NCBI GenBank assembly: GCA_964106645.2
Contig: OZ067042.1
Direction: 5' to 3' (one strand)
Length of the DNA: 64,000 bases
DNA from: Podarcis pityusensis
Lineage: Eukaryota
The translations under genes were made by a program, and so were the position numbers. The stretch's first letter is position 1, and each line of letters begins with the position of its first letter. Positions 22,165 through 34,951 of the stretch are shown here, piece by piece. Under the pieces are notes generated by a model, which saw nothing but the letters and a program-made list of their open reading frames with translations, was not told the DNA's origin and made no database searches.

Positions 22165-25100
22165 AGTGCATGCTATGCTATCAGCTGCTATTCCCATTAG
22201 AAATTAGGCAGACACAATCCCTATGGAATTTCAGGCACCAGATTAAACCAGTTTTATTTCAGGAGGCTTTTGTACTATGAATGTTTTTCTAATGTTCCTA
22301 TTTTCTGATGCTTTAATCAGAACATTTTGTGTGTTTGTTCATTTATGTGCAGCATTTATATCCCACTGTTTATTCCAAAGAGATCAAGGTGGTGTATGTG
22401 ATTTTTTCCCTCCTCCTCATTTAATCCCCACAGTAGTCCTGTGGGTTAGGCCAGGCTGAGAGGCAGTGACTGTCCCACTGAGTGAATGAATCTTTATTTG
22501 CATCAGCCATCAGCCATAGCAATAAAACAACAATATGATATACAAAGAATAGAAAGAAAAAGTCAATTATATAAAATACATTTTAGGGTTTTGAATCAAA
22601 AGTCAAATAGTGGATCTTATTCTGATTGCCCCAGCTGAAAACCTTGCAAGCTTTGCTGTCACCAACTGTCCCAGTGAGCCAGTGAGTTCATGGCCAAATG
22701 AACATTTGAACCTTGATCTGCCAGGTTCTAGTCCAATGCTCTTTTTTATTTACAGTATTTATTAAATGTTCTTCATTGAATATTTTCCATTCCAGAGCAG
22801 GGAACAAAGTAATAAAGAGAGAAAAACAGCTGGCAAAAACCACAAAACCATAATAAATGGGTCCAATAAACAACAATTTAACAATTCTGCCATAAGGTAA
22901 AAAAAAAAGAAAAAAGAGCAAACAACAATAGCAAAAAATAAAATTTCTGATTTTACCAAATACCTAAGTAAAAGCAAGCACAAGACATTCAAACAAATTG
23001 AAACAGATTAAACAACCAACCATCTGAACAGCTCACATCCTATTTTCTGCTTATGGCATTCCACCCCCTGTCCCTCTGTCTTTCACTCAACCAGGGCCTC
23101 ACTCTGTGCCTACAGACTCTCACTCTTTGACTTCTGAGTAACTTAGCACCTTTTGTCCCTCTCTCCAACACATCCAGATTCTCACTCTAAGTGGCATGAA
23201 CTGTTGCGCTGAAGCAGCTACTGCAGAAAAGGGGGATAAAAATAATAGGGGTGGCAATAAGCCACAGCTCTCCCTTCCATTTTTGATAGAACTCACAGGC
23301 CTCAAGGTCAGTAAGGCTGCCAGGTAAAGACATGCAGATGGATGGACGCTGAACACTACACCACTCTTTTCTGTAAGCCACTTTGAGACATATAGAGAAA
23401 AGTGGAGTAATAAATTCCTTAAATAAATAAATACTTAATGAACATAGGGCAGCCTGGGGCCTATTGCCACACTCCTGCTCCCCTACCACATGCATTTTAG
23501 TATTCCTAGATTTGTCTTAAAACGGACTCTGAATATTTTGTAAAACAAACAAACAAAAACAAAACTAGCCTTTGGCGTTTATTGTTTTATTTAAAGTATT
23601 TCTATTTAGTATCTCTACTATTTAGTATCTCTAAGCTGTGTACAAACATGAAAACATAAGAATAGTTAAAATAATAACATAAAAACAGAGAATAAAAAGA
23701 AAGAAACTTTGTAATAACAGGGTCCAGTCTTATCGGACAGGAAAAAATATATTCCTTATTTTATGTACGCTACCTGAATTTGCATTAAGTTCTCCACCGG
23801 GATGCCAGCCATGGCCAGTCTAATTGTAAGATTGTATCTTCCTGCTTTGCTTTTACTTAACACCATGAATGATAATAACAAAGTGCAATGAAACAGTCTC
23901 AAAGAAAAATTGAGTAAGCCGATAGCCGGGTACTATTTCTTTCCATGCTTGATAAATAGTGGGTAAGTAGAATTATACTTCCTCTGGATTTATGGCCAAG
24001 TCAGCACTGGTAGATTATGATGGCTTTTCTGCCTCTTAAATACAAAGAACACAGTCCTTTATTAAATAGGGAAGTTTAGAGGTTTTTTTAATCTCTTGAC
24101 TGTCCTAGCAGAGAGAATTAGTGGGCTACGTAGAAAGAGATTTAAATGAACTCCTTTCTATATGGGAGATCAAGCGATGCAAAATATGTTAAATCCACTT
24201 TTTCCTGGGTTAGGGGAGTACATAATAAGTCTCCTGCTCGACATAAAGTGGTTTTTATTATTGTTGTTGTTTTTAATATATGTCTATTGTGGCATAAATG
24301 GAATTGTTAGTTTGTTTAACCCAGGCTGTGACAATGGCCATGTTACAGAAAACAAATTTGTCATTTCTGGATAATAATAAAAGGTGCTATATGTTCAAAA
24401 CAAACATAGAATGAAACTTCAATGCAGCAACACAACACAAACTTCCTATTTTAGGAAGGCTGCCCATGCAGAAGAAGCAGCTATAACTCAAATTATTCAG
24501 AGTACACAGGACCATGAACAATGGATTATTTTTTAATATGACGATCAATATAAAGGGGATTATGTGTATGTATATACTGTATAAGAGAAAGCAAGAGAAG
24601 CTTGAAAGTGGTTTAAAGGAATGCATGGATCTATTTGCCTAAGGACATGGTAATCCCTGATGAGAGTATTTGTGATAGGTGGAACAAATAGTTGGAGACT
24701 ATGGAGAAAGTCATGTAATTATACAGTGGAACACTAGTAACCTGAAAGAACTGACTGCCTTAGACTTGAAAGGATACATGCACTTGCTCTATTTGCCTGA
24801 TTACCTCTTCCTATGCTTATATTAGCCTCTGGCAGCCACAGGCAACCGGCAGTTTGGTGCCGTCTTCCAGCTGGGATTTAACTTTGGCTTGCTATTACTA
24901 ACAAATTCATTTGGAAAAGCTGAATCTGCTTTAGTCCTGCATCTGACACAGGGCACTTGTGACTCAGTCTTTCGAAATCTGTTGCTACCAGATGTGGTGA
25001 TGGTACAGTCTTAGAAAACATTAAAGGGTAGGTCTATCATGGGCTATTAGTCAGGATAGTTAAAGGGAACCTCCATATCTGGAAACAGTATGACTGGAAG

Positions 25101-25246
25101 CTGCACTCTGAACATTTGTTAGAAAGGTAGGGTGTATATGCTGTAAAGAAACAAATGGATACTGGTTGTTAGGGAGACAAAGGGAGGACGTCTGTTGCTT
25201 TCATGCCCTAATTGTGGGCTTCCCTGATGCATCTAACTAGCCATTA

Positions 25247-25487
25247 CAGTGGTACCTTGGTTTAAGAACAGCTTAGGTTATGAACAACTTGGATTAAGAA
25301 CACTGCAAACCCGGAAGTAGGTGTTTTGGTTTGTGAACTTTGCCTTGGAAGCAGAACATGTTGAGTGTGTTCCATTTGTAAATTGAGTCCCCTGCTGCTA
25401 TGGGAAAAGCACACCTTGGTTTAAGAATGCTTTGGTTTAAGAACGGACTTCTGGAGCGGATTAAGTTCGTAAACAAAGGTACCACTG
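25247..25487. mobile_element. Tc1/mariner MITE (CAGTGGTACCT family)
   Basis: TIRs CAGTGGTACCTT / AAGGTACCACTG with TA TSD. It interrupts an older CR1-like 3' fragment (about 24970-25540). Confidence 0.8.
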
Positions 25488-25545
25488 TACTGGAAACACA
25501 ATGTGGGGTTTGATGGATTCAGGTTCTGGGCTAACTTGCAGGAAA

Positions 25546-25660
25546 GGGCCATAGCTCAATGGTGGAGCATTTGGTTCACATGCAAAAGGTATTGGGTTCA
25601 GCACCAGGCAGAACCTCCTATCTAAAACTCTGGGCAGCTCCCAGTCATTGTAGACCTGAA
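25546..25660 (+). mobile_element. tRNA-derived SINE head (decayed)
   Basis: GGGCCATAGCTCAATGGTGGAGCA (A-box-like) followed by GGGTTCAGCACC (decayed B-box). Confidence 0.5.
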
Positions 25661-27660
25661 GTATGGAACCTTTTTCAGCAGGAGGGCCATATTCCCTGGT
25701 GGAGAACCTTCCAAGGACTGTATGCCAAAGGTGGATGGGCCATAAGCTATCAGCAGACATGATTTTTACCTTTATACAATAGGCTGCATTCTAGCCACAC
25801 AAAAATTAGAGGTTAATATGCACACACATCTCCATCCTTCATCCAGGAAGCAAGAGGCATTATCTTAATTCAAGGGCATATCCCAGAGAGGCAAAAACGC
25901 TCTAGCAGAGTCTGGATAAGGACTGGAGAAGGTTGGGGCATAGCTTAGGAAGAGCACCAGAGACCAGATAGAGAGGTCTGAAATGTTGCATTCGTCTTCC
26001 AGGCCTGAGATTCCACACCTCTAGTATGAACAGTACTGAACTAGATACAGCAGTATTCTATTATCTATCTTCCTATGATCTAGCAGGGCTTTTTTGACAA
26101 CTATATGTGGATTTATTGTGTTAATTGTACTAGTTATAATGCCAATGCATCTATCCCAACTTTTATTGTACATTTTTTATACTATGGTACATGTTGTGTT
26201 ACAGAACTGTGGCTTTTTGATTGATATATCAGTCTGACATGCAAATCTTTTAAAAGCAGAAAAGAATTGTATAGTGGGATACTGCTCCAAACTTGGTCAC
26301 ATGAAATTATAGTGCAAAATGCCTGAGATTGGGGTTGCAAACATTATTTTTTTCCTGGGAAAGATTAACATGGAAATTAGCACTAAATTCTACTAGGTTT
26401 CCAGAAGTGGCTTTGACGTAAAATGCAGAAATGATCAGGTAAGGAAACATCAAGAAGGCAGAAAAAATGTCTGAATCATGTAGCCTGAAATCAGCACAAG
26501 CTGGTGTTTTTCTTCACTAGCTGAAATGTCTATGTGAATTTAAGTGACCACACATAAATGTCAAGTTTCACATGCTCAATGAATGTGACCAGTTTACCAA
26601 AAACGCAGCTCCTTTCAGAGATACTACTCAGCCCAGTTTCTCAAGTCACCAAAATAGTTGTGTGAACCCAGCCTAAACACAGTCCAATTAAACAGATATA
26701 GTGTACATTAATAATAAAATCATTTCACAGATATCTTGAGCAGCATACTTGAGAAAATTTCAGATTTTCCCCCCAGTCCCTTATTATAAATGCTTACTTT
26801 ATGACTATCATAAATAAGAGCATACATTAACAAGAGATTTTTTTTTAATGACTCTGGATAGCTTCTTTAACAAGAGACAATTAGTGTGAGAGCAACATCG
26901 TTCCAAAATAACCTGCATGTTCCCAGCTCTTCTTCTGTAAATTGAAGACGCTTTGCAAAACTGATGCCTTTAAATGAAACAGCAAGCATTTCTTTATAAC
27001 TGCCCCCCTCATCAAATAGGGTTCAGCCAAGAACAGATGGTCTTGATGGCAATCTGAACATCAGTTCTTTCATGTGTACCAAGGAAATGGATGTCAGCCT
27101 ATTGCGACATCATAATCTTGTCTGATAACTGCTAGCACTTGAAGGAAGTAGTAACCTTTTGGTATTTTCACATCTCATGTATTCTAAGAAAACTGACATC
27201 AGAGTTTGTGCTAGACTTTCTCAGTATAAAGTCAAACCTGAAACAAGTCATATTTTCCCAGTGTCAACCTGCTTACAAAAGGCCACACAGGACTACAGAA
27301 ATGGTACCCCCTGGAAAATTTCAGAGCTATGGGTCTGTTTTGATATAATCTTGGGGGAAAAGAAACTACCTTAAATTTATTTCATGGTGTTCCTACTTCA
27401 TGCTAGTAACAGAAACAACTAATGTGCTGGGTGAAAACGTACTTCCTTTTATCTGTCCTGGTGTTAGCCATTTTAGCCACACTGTATATAATTTTATATA
27501 TAGCTCTTGACTTCATATCTCCTTGCTCACGTTTCTAAGCTAAAAGCCCCAAATAGTGAAAACTTTTCTTGCAGGGAAGTTGCTCTGCATGAATTAAAAT
27601 ACATAAATTATCTTTGTTTATTGAATACATTTATATACCACTTGATTATTTGCATTTCTA

Positions 27661-29793
27661 TTTTTTTTTATAAGATATTTATTGAGATTTTCAAAATGTT
27701 ACAAAATAAAAATAAAAAAGAAGAAAATACAAAATAAAAATGGTTACCAAAGTAGAAAAGGGGAAAAACAAACCACTTCCAACAATACGAATACAAATTC
27801 AAAATAAGAAAAAAAACAGAAAAAAACAAAAATACACCAGAGACATTTAAGAACATTTAAAAACAAATTCATTATTCTCAAATCCTCAACTGTCATTACC
27901 TCCTTTCTTTGACCTCCTCCTCCTCCCTTTCTTTGTATCCTAGTTATTAATTATCCCAGCAAATCCTTTCCATATTTCATAATATTCTGTCATTACATTA
28001 CCTTAAACTGTTTTAATCTTATCTTTCTATATAAAAAAAAACACACCTTGAAACTTAAAGCTTAAATCTTATCCTTACCAACTTCTCATAGCCATAATAT
28101 TCTTTCATAATTCTTTAAACATCTTTACTAAAGCCGAGTAATTTCATTCCAACATCTTTCTAACATTCATCAATTTTATAAAACAGTCCTAATAGTAAAA
28201 AAAGAAATACAAACAGATCCAATCTTCATCCAGCGTCCCTTCCTCCTGGTCCCGGGTTTTGTCAGTCCTTATTATCCCATCGATCTAGCGCATTAACCTG
28301 GCAACCTTATATCCGAGGCCCTCAAGTCTCTTCCATGTCCCTTCTGCAGCTCTTCTTCATATTTGTAACTGTATTTTCCCTTGTCTCCTGCTCGTGGTAA
28401 CTCCAGCTTGGCAATATTTTTGACCCTTCTTGACAGATCAGCCCCTTTTCCATATTCAACACTAAATTCCATGTGATATTTAAAAACATGTTTCAAAAAC
28501 CCTCCAAAATTAAGAGCCCCCACAATCCCAAACATCTCACGGCCCATTGCCAGATTTGAAAAGTCCAAACATCCCAGCATAGGGGGGTCAATCCAGCCCC
28601 CCATTTCCAAGCAAAACCAAACTTTTTCTTTCCAAATCTGGCTTTTTCCAAGTTCATTTGTCAAGTCCGAAAGCTCATATTCCTGTTGGGCCTGATTAAA
28701 TCACTCCTGATTTAATTCCTGGGTGGACTCCACATACTTTCCCACTGTCTGTTCAAAATTTCCCACTGCCTGTTCAAAATTTCTAGTCGAAGTCGCCATC
28801 AAATTCATCTTCTCATGTAACTGTTCCAGTAGGGCATTTGTTTTATAGAAAGCACACAACAGAGCTTCTGAATACATTGTCCTGCAAGGTCAAATGTCTA
28901 TTCCCACGATTGTAATCTGTAACAGCTGCCGGCTCCCTGGAATTGGTTACAGTTTCACAGTCTTCCTCTAGGGGGAAAACTTCTATTTGTTCTTGCAACA
29001 AAGTTTTCCTTTTTGAGATATTTTGTCAATATTTGTTCCTTTAAAATGCGAAGGGAAACAGTGGAATCACTATGTTTCTCTTCTTTTAGCTATCTGTCAA
29101 AAACGTTTGTCTCTGGTCAATGAGCTTCAAACGTCAGTCCTGACACCCCGCTCCAGGATCAGGACGGTGAAAAGTTACTTTACTTTAAACTCACTTTAAA
29201 CAGTCCGAAAAAGATCCCCCTTCTTCTCCTACTGTCGAAGGGGGGTTCCACAATTTTAAATGGTGAAATCCAATCCTTTAAAGGCGATTTTCTGAGCTTT
29301 AGTTTACGTTGTCTTTGCTTTATTCTGTCTACAAAAGAACGGAAGGCTGACTTCCTGTTTAGACCTTCCCGTTCTGTACCAAATTGAAATAAATTTTTAA
29401 ATCCAATTCCTTTCTGCTCGCAAGTCCTTATTTAAGGTCCAGTTGTTCAAAGTTTAAGTACTCACGGGTGCTTATTTTAGAGTCCAAATTGTCCCAGGAA
29501 AAAGGCAGCGCTCTCCGGCAACGGCTATGCAGCTTCGCTCCACGGAAATAGCAGTTGACTCTCAGCACCGTGCCACTTCCCCCTCTTCACTTTGGAGCCC
29601 GTTAGTGGGTTCCTTTGCGAGTTGGGGGGGGCGCTAAGGGTGCCTGCCGAGTCCCATGGTCACAGGCTTCATCCGCCTGTGATTTTTAAAAGGGTACCCG
29701 CTTCGCCGTAGCGGAGAAGACCCGTTTCACGCGGAGCTAGTCCCTCCAGTTCAGAGGGAGTCCGCCATTGCCGATGGCGCCACCCCAGAAGTC
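27661..29793 (-). mobile_element. Non-autonomous L1-derived retroelement (2.13 kb, HAL1/half-L1-like architecture)
   Basis: Perfect 17-bp TSD GATTATTTGCATTTCTA (27644-27660 and 29794-29810). AATAAA (27678-27683) plus A9 tail. 5' end and several 5'UTR blocks are similar to the L1 at 5458-11580. ORF1-like ORF and ORF2 C-terminal remnant present, no EN or RT. Confidence 0.85.
28293..28877 (-). pseudogene. ORF1-like reading frame of the non-autonomous element (194 codons, one in-frame TGA at 28701-28703)
   Basis: MYSEALLCAFYKTNALLEQLHEKMNLMATSTRNFEQAVGNFEQTVGKYVESTQELNQE*FNQAQQEYELSDLTNELGKSQ... continues in frame with the 28293-28664 ORF. QAVGNFEQTV matches L1 ORF1 QAIGNFEKSI at protein and DNA level. 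Confidence 0.65.
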
Positions 29794-31170
29794 GATTATT
29801 TGCATTTCTAACTGGTGTATGTAAAAAAATAAAAAATAAAATCCATAAACATATATATACTTGCAGTAAAGATATGGCTTATTACAAAGAAGCTGTTACA
29901 TATTGTCACCTGTTTTTTGTGGGGGTAGGCTGCATGCCAAGACCCTTATAATTCCCTGACCCAGAAAGTGTTATAATCTAAACAAGGATTCAAATTGTTG
30001 AAATAGCCAGACAAGGTAATGGCCCTCTAAGGTAACAAAGGAATTGACTCTGTGCCAGATGGAAAATGGGTAGGCTCCCTCCCTCAACTCGCTAGGATTT
30101 GGAATGACAAAGATCAAGGGGGAGAACTCATTTATGTGAGCCAGAAGCTAAAATCCAGTTATGTGAGCCAGTATGTTTCCAGGCACAATTCAAAGTGTTG
30201 GTGCTGACCTTGTGGTGGCGTGCAACAATATTTACTTCACTGATTTAGAGACAATGATCGACAATTACACTTGCCTATTGATTTTAACTCCTTTGCCACT
30301 CATTCAGCTAACTTGTTTTGTTTCATATAAAATATGCCAATAGAATACGTAACAGGAAACTTGGCATGAACACCAGGAGAGCTGAAAACATAATGAGCAT
30401 CTCTTTGTTTATTTTTAGAAGATACCACTATCAACCTAGTCAATAAAGTGTTTGGAAACGTAACACGTTTCGACTCATGTTCATGTGTAACTTCTAAGAA
30501 AAGCAAAACAAAGTTTCTTCAGTTTTAGGGAAGGATGATAAATGGGTGCATTTTGTTTGGTTGCAGGAGCTTGTGTCAACTTTATTGACTTTCCACACAG
30601 AAAAACAAAAAAGAAAAACCTTTAAACAATTCGTTTGGAGCATCTGTAAAGGCAACTTGCGTCTGCTGTGAGTAAATGGATTCTGATCACTTCTAGGCAC
30701 CAGCCTGAGAAGAGAATAATTACCTTTGCTGGGGGTGATGGCTGAATCTTGATTTATCTATGCTTTTCATTCTGACTGAATGTAAACCAATAAATAGTGG
30801 TTGGGGCAGGATAACTGGTTAGGCATGAATTCTGCCCAACAGTGTGAAACTTCAAAATGTGGCTTCTGCATTTTCCTCTCACCTTTTTCCCACAATTATG
30901 GAGGGAGAAAATTTAAAAGATTCTTATTTGCTCTAATGAAGCAAAATAACCTACATGCATGTACAAAGCAATGGAAAAAAAGGTCAGAAAAAATTCCCCA
31001 GAAGTTTCTGACCAAAGCAGCAATAATTTTGAGGTTTAGAATGTGAGTGAGAGTCATTCCTTATTGAGGTGATTGTTATTTTTTACCACTATTGCTGTGA
31101 TATCACATGCCAAGGGGGAATTGGGAGCAAGCAAACCATCAAACTTATCCCTTTCTGCGGTCTTCATTGC

Positions 31171-31330
31171 CAGTGCTTTTTTTCTGGGGGAAATGCAGGG
31201 GTATGCATACCCCTAAACATTTTGTGAATCTAAGTTTGGCCTCATTGAGGGGCAGTATTTCAATATGAGTAGGAAAATGAGAGTACCCCTAAACATTTTT
31301 TATTACTATTTTTAGGGGGGGAAAGCACTG
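31171..31330. mobile_element. hAT-type MITE (same family as 19314-19459)
   Basis: Near-identical body and TIRs. Degenerate 8-bp TSD TTCATTGC/CTCACTGC. Confidence 0.78.
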
Positions 31331-32066
31331 CTCACTGCTATCACCAAATGAACACATTTGGTTTTCCTGGCTGCCTTCACTAAAGCAGCCTTTTATCTGA
31401 AGTGAATTTGTTGTTTCCTTTTGGCTGATTAAGCCAACTCACTGTTAGAAATACAAGGCAATTAGGTGAAAATTGAGACATCAGACCAAATTTAAGCCAG
31501 TGCACTCCTAACCACCTGTGCCTCAAATGACAAAGATGGGTTTATGGGCACCCTCAGATGACATACCTATTCCTTCAGAGTTCCTTACTGATCCAGAACC
31601 AGTAAATGCAGATCAGAACTTAGTTACATACCAAAATTCACACTTACCAAATGTTCTGAGGCAGTTCTCAGCTCAAAAATGTACCAAGCTATTTTAAAAA
31701 TATCTATTTAAATGTGCAGATTATTGCAGAAATGGGACAGTGGATACATGTGAAAATGATATGGATCAGAAATGGGCTGATCTTTCCATCCTTATCATGC
31801 CAGCATAATCACTGCTATGACTGGAGTACAGTACCTTGATGAATTTCAGGCATTTTATACCTGGTGTGAAAAGGATTTTTATTTCTCTTCTACAAGCAGA
31901 GTAATACTCTGCGTGCAAGGAGGAATCCCATCACACAAAAGAAAGAGTCCTGCAGATGTGGAAGCTTTGTATTGCACCCCATCCCAACAAACCATGATGG
32001 AAATATTGACTCTTACCATTCTCAGTTCTTATTCAGGAAACAGGAATGCATTTAAAAGCCAGTATA

Positions 32067-32431
32067 AAGGTAAAGGTACCCCTGACTATTAGGTCCAGTC
32101 GCGGACGACTCTGGGGTTGCGCCCTCATCTCACTCTATAGGCCGAGGGAGCCGGCGTTTGTCCGCAGACAGTTTTTCCGGGTTATGTGGCCAGCATGACT
32201 ACTAAGCCATTTCTGGCAAACCAGAGCAGCACATGGAAACACCGTTTACCTTCCCACCAGAGTGGTACCTATTTATCTACTTGCACTTTGACATGCTTTC
32301 GAACTGCTAGGTTGGCAGGAGCAGGGACAGAGCAACGGGAGCTCACCCCGTCGCAGGGATTTGAACCGCCGACCTTCTGATCGGCAAGCTCTAGGCTCTG
32401 TGGTTTAGACCACAGCACCACCCACATCCCC
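32067..32431 (-). mobile_element. Sauria-type SINE, full length
   Basis: Same family body. TSD TAAAAGCCAG(T/C)ATA at 32053-32066 and 32432-32445. Confidence 0.88.
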
Positions 32432-32445
32432 TAAAAGCCAGCATA

Positions 32446-32566
32446 GTAAAGGTAAAGGGACCCCTGACCATTAGGTCCAGTTGTGACCGACTGGGGTTGA
32501 GGCGCTCATCTCACTTTATTGACCGAGGGAGCCGACGTACAGCTTCCGGGTCATGTGGCCAGCATG
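32446..32566 (-). mobile_element. 5'-truncated Sauria-type SINE (3' 120 bp) abutting the previous copy
   Basis: GTAAAGGTAAAGGGACCCCTGACCATTAGG...GGCCAGCATG, the same 3' segment as the other copies. Confidence 0.8.
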
Positions 32567-33464
32567 GTGTTAAAGAGTATCAGATTAGGACTGGGTGACC
32601 TAGCTTCAAATCCCAACTCAGCCACAATGTTCATGAGGTGACCTTTCTTACCTTGTGGGATTGGTTTGAAGATAAAATTTTAGAACTAGTGGTAGAAAGA
32701 AACCTTATATACCCTCTGAGAAACTTGGAAGGGTAGATTTTTTAAAAAATGAATATCTAAATATTGGTGGGGGGATCCAATGAGAATATATGTGAATTCA
32801 AATTTTGGCCAAATGTTTTTGGTCAGCATTATGGTTCTGCCATTAAAAGGCTGATCCAATGAAGAGACCAAAGTACTAAATACCTTCTATGCAGGGGGTT
32901 GGGGGTTAGAATCTTGAAATTCTTTGCCCATATTTGGGAACAGCTGTTGCATTATTTTGTCAGCTCACATAAGAGTGAATCAGTGCAGATTCTAGACTGC
33001 ATTCTCCTTCTTTGGTGTTAAGAATTTTATTGACTTGGTAGACAGACGGCAGCAGGTTTTCATACAATAGGAGAATAACACAATGCAATTTGATTTTGTG
33101 GAACATCTCCCACGAGCAAGTATCAAAGGACTACAATCAGAGCTTGTAATTAATGTGTGCTGTCTTTAGTTGCCATGTCTTTGACAGTTAGATAAAAACA
33201 ATACTTTATGATAAAAATAAAAGGGTAGCTATGTCAACAGAGTGACAAAGCCGGTGAATAATTATAAAAGAAATGCTATCCGAGAGCTTTAATTGAAGAA
33301 GGGTGAAAAAGGTGAGGTACCAAGTAGAATGGACAGCTCAGAAAATGGAATTTTAAAGCAGTAATTTATACAGGAAGTATAAGAATGAAAATGGTTTCCT
33401 AGTGGATGTTATTGGTTTTGAAAAAAAGGATAGGAGTTCAACAACAGTCTGTAAAACACAGACT

Positions 33465-33640
33465 GTCTCGCCAGAGTGGTGCATGCTCTAGTTGTCTCCC
33501 ACTTGGGCTACTGCAACATGCTCTCTTTGAAGGTGACCTGGAAACTACAACTAATTCAGAATGCGGCAGCTAGACTGGTGACTGGGAGCAGCCGCCAAGA
33601 CCACATAACACCGGTCTTGAAAGACCTACATTGGCTCCAG
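33465..33640 (+). mobile_element. L2-clade LINE ORF2 fragment
   Basis: VHALVVSHLGYCN...KLQLIQNAAARLVTG...DHITPVLKDLHWL. Confidence 0.75.
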
Positions 33641-33983
33641 TACCAATCTGTGCTGCACTTGTGATGCTCTATTTTCCATCGTGTTGTTATTTATTATTTG
33701 TAAGCCACTTGGGTTTCACTTGAATGAAAAGCAGCACAGAAATATAATAAACCAAACCAAATCAAAATCACAATTCAGCAAACAAGAGAGAGAAGGCTTA
33801 AACAGGAAATATTTTTATGAGATCAAAAACCAAAACAACATATTTCAAGGACCAGATTACACAATGACCTCCAGAATCATTATAGCAATGTTTTTAATTA
33901 GATGTAGAGCTTCTCACATACTGTATACAAGCATATCCACACACCCATGCATTTGCACACGAAAACACAGCAAAATTGAATTA

Positions 33984-34209
33984 CAGTCATACCTTGGTTC
34001 TCAAACAGAATCCATTCTGGAAGTCCGTTTGACTTCTGAAAACATTCAAAAACCAAGGCGCGGCTTCCGATTGGCTGCAGGAGCTTCCTGCACTCAATCA
34101 GAAGCCACATCGGACGTTTGGCTTCCAAAAAACACTCACTTCTGGGTTTGTGGCGTTCAGGAGCCAAAACAGATGAGTACCAAAGCATTCGAGAACCCAG
34201 GTGCGACTG
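33984..34209. mobile_element. Tc1/mariner MITE
   Basis: Imperfect TIRs CAGTCATACCTTGGTTCTC / GAGAACCCAGGTGCGACTG with TA TSD. Confidence 0.75.
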
Positions 34210-34951
34210 TACAGCCAAACTAATTCTTCTGGAGGCCATGCCTTGCCCCACTATAATCCACCAAGCCAAATGCAGTTCAATCACCCTCCTCTTTTTTTCT
34301 GCCTGCTACAAAAAACAAGGTTTGTGTCTGTTAAGCATCTCACAAGACACATCTGATGGGCTGCATTTGGTTTAGTTTGCCACATGCTAACCTGGCCTGA
34401 ATTAGTCTGTCATTCATTCATTTATGGTTGACTTGTCCCTTTACATCTTGTTTGTCCAATAAAAAAAGATGTGCTTGCCTTCTTTGCTTTGTTTCCTGCC
34501 AAACAGGTCTGCTAACACATAAATACAAGCAGGAAAACATGAGAGACTGGAATGAATGCAATTCCAAGTGTAGCTATAGCCTACACAACAGCTGCAAAAT
34601 CACATTGCACAGAACACCTACACTCATAGGAAAGAACAGCCATTTCCTCAGTGACAGGCTTTTGTATATTGAATGGTAAGGAAATGAAATATCTGTGCAA
34701 CAGAAGGGAAAGATGATTGGAGCCCCTACAATTTAACACCATCACCTTCATTCATAAAGGACTAAAACACAAAAGGCCCTGAGTGTAGCTTCCATCTTTC
34801 GTCTCAGAAGCTGGCAACACAGCAAATAAGCATTTCTACTGTACAAGAATGGTAATGAAAGTTGCATATCCTCCAAGATCTTGAGTCCCAAAATGAGGAT
34901 GTGCGTCTTCCGATCTTTGTTCCCATGTGGGTCACATGACCTGTGTAACAT

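Noticed and set aside
25546-25610. tRNA gene
   Set aside because: Degenerate B-box and no clean cloverleaf. Better explained as a SINE head.
33681-34223. 180-aa plus-strand ORF
   Set aside because: GTG start, spans a MITE and low-complexity DNA, and shows no protein motifs.
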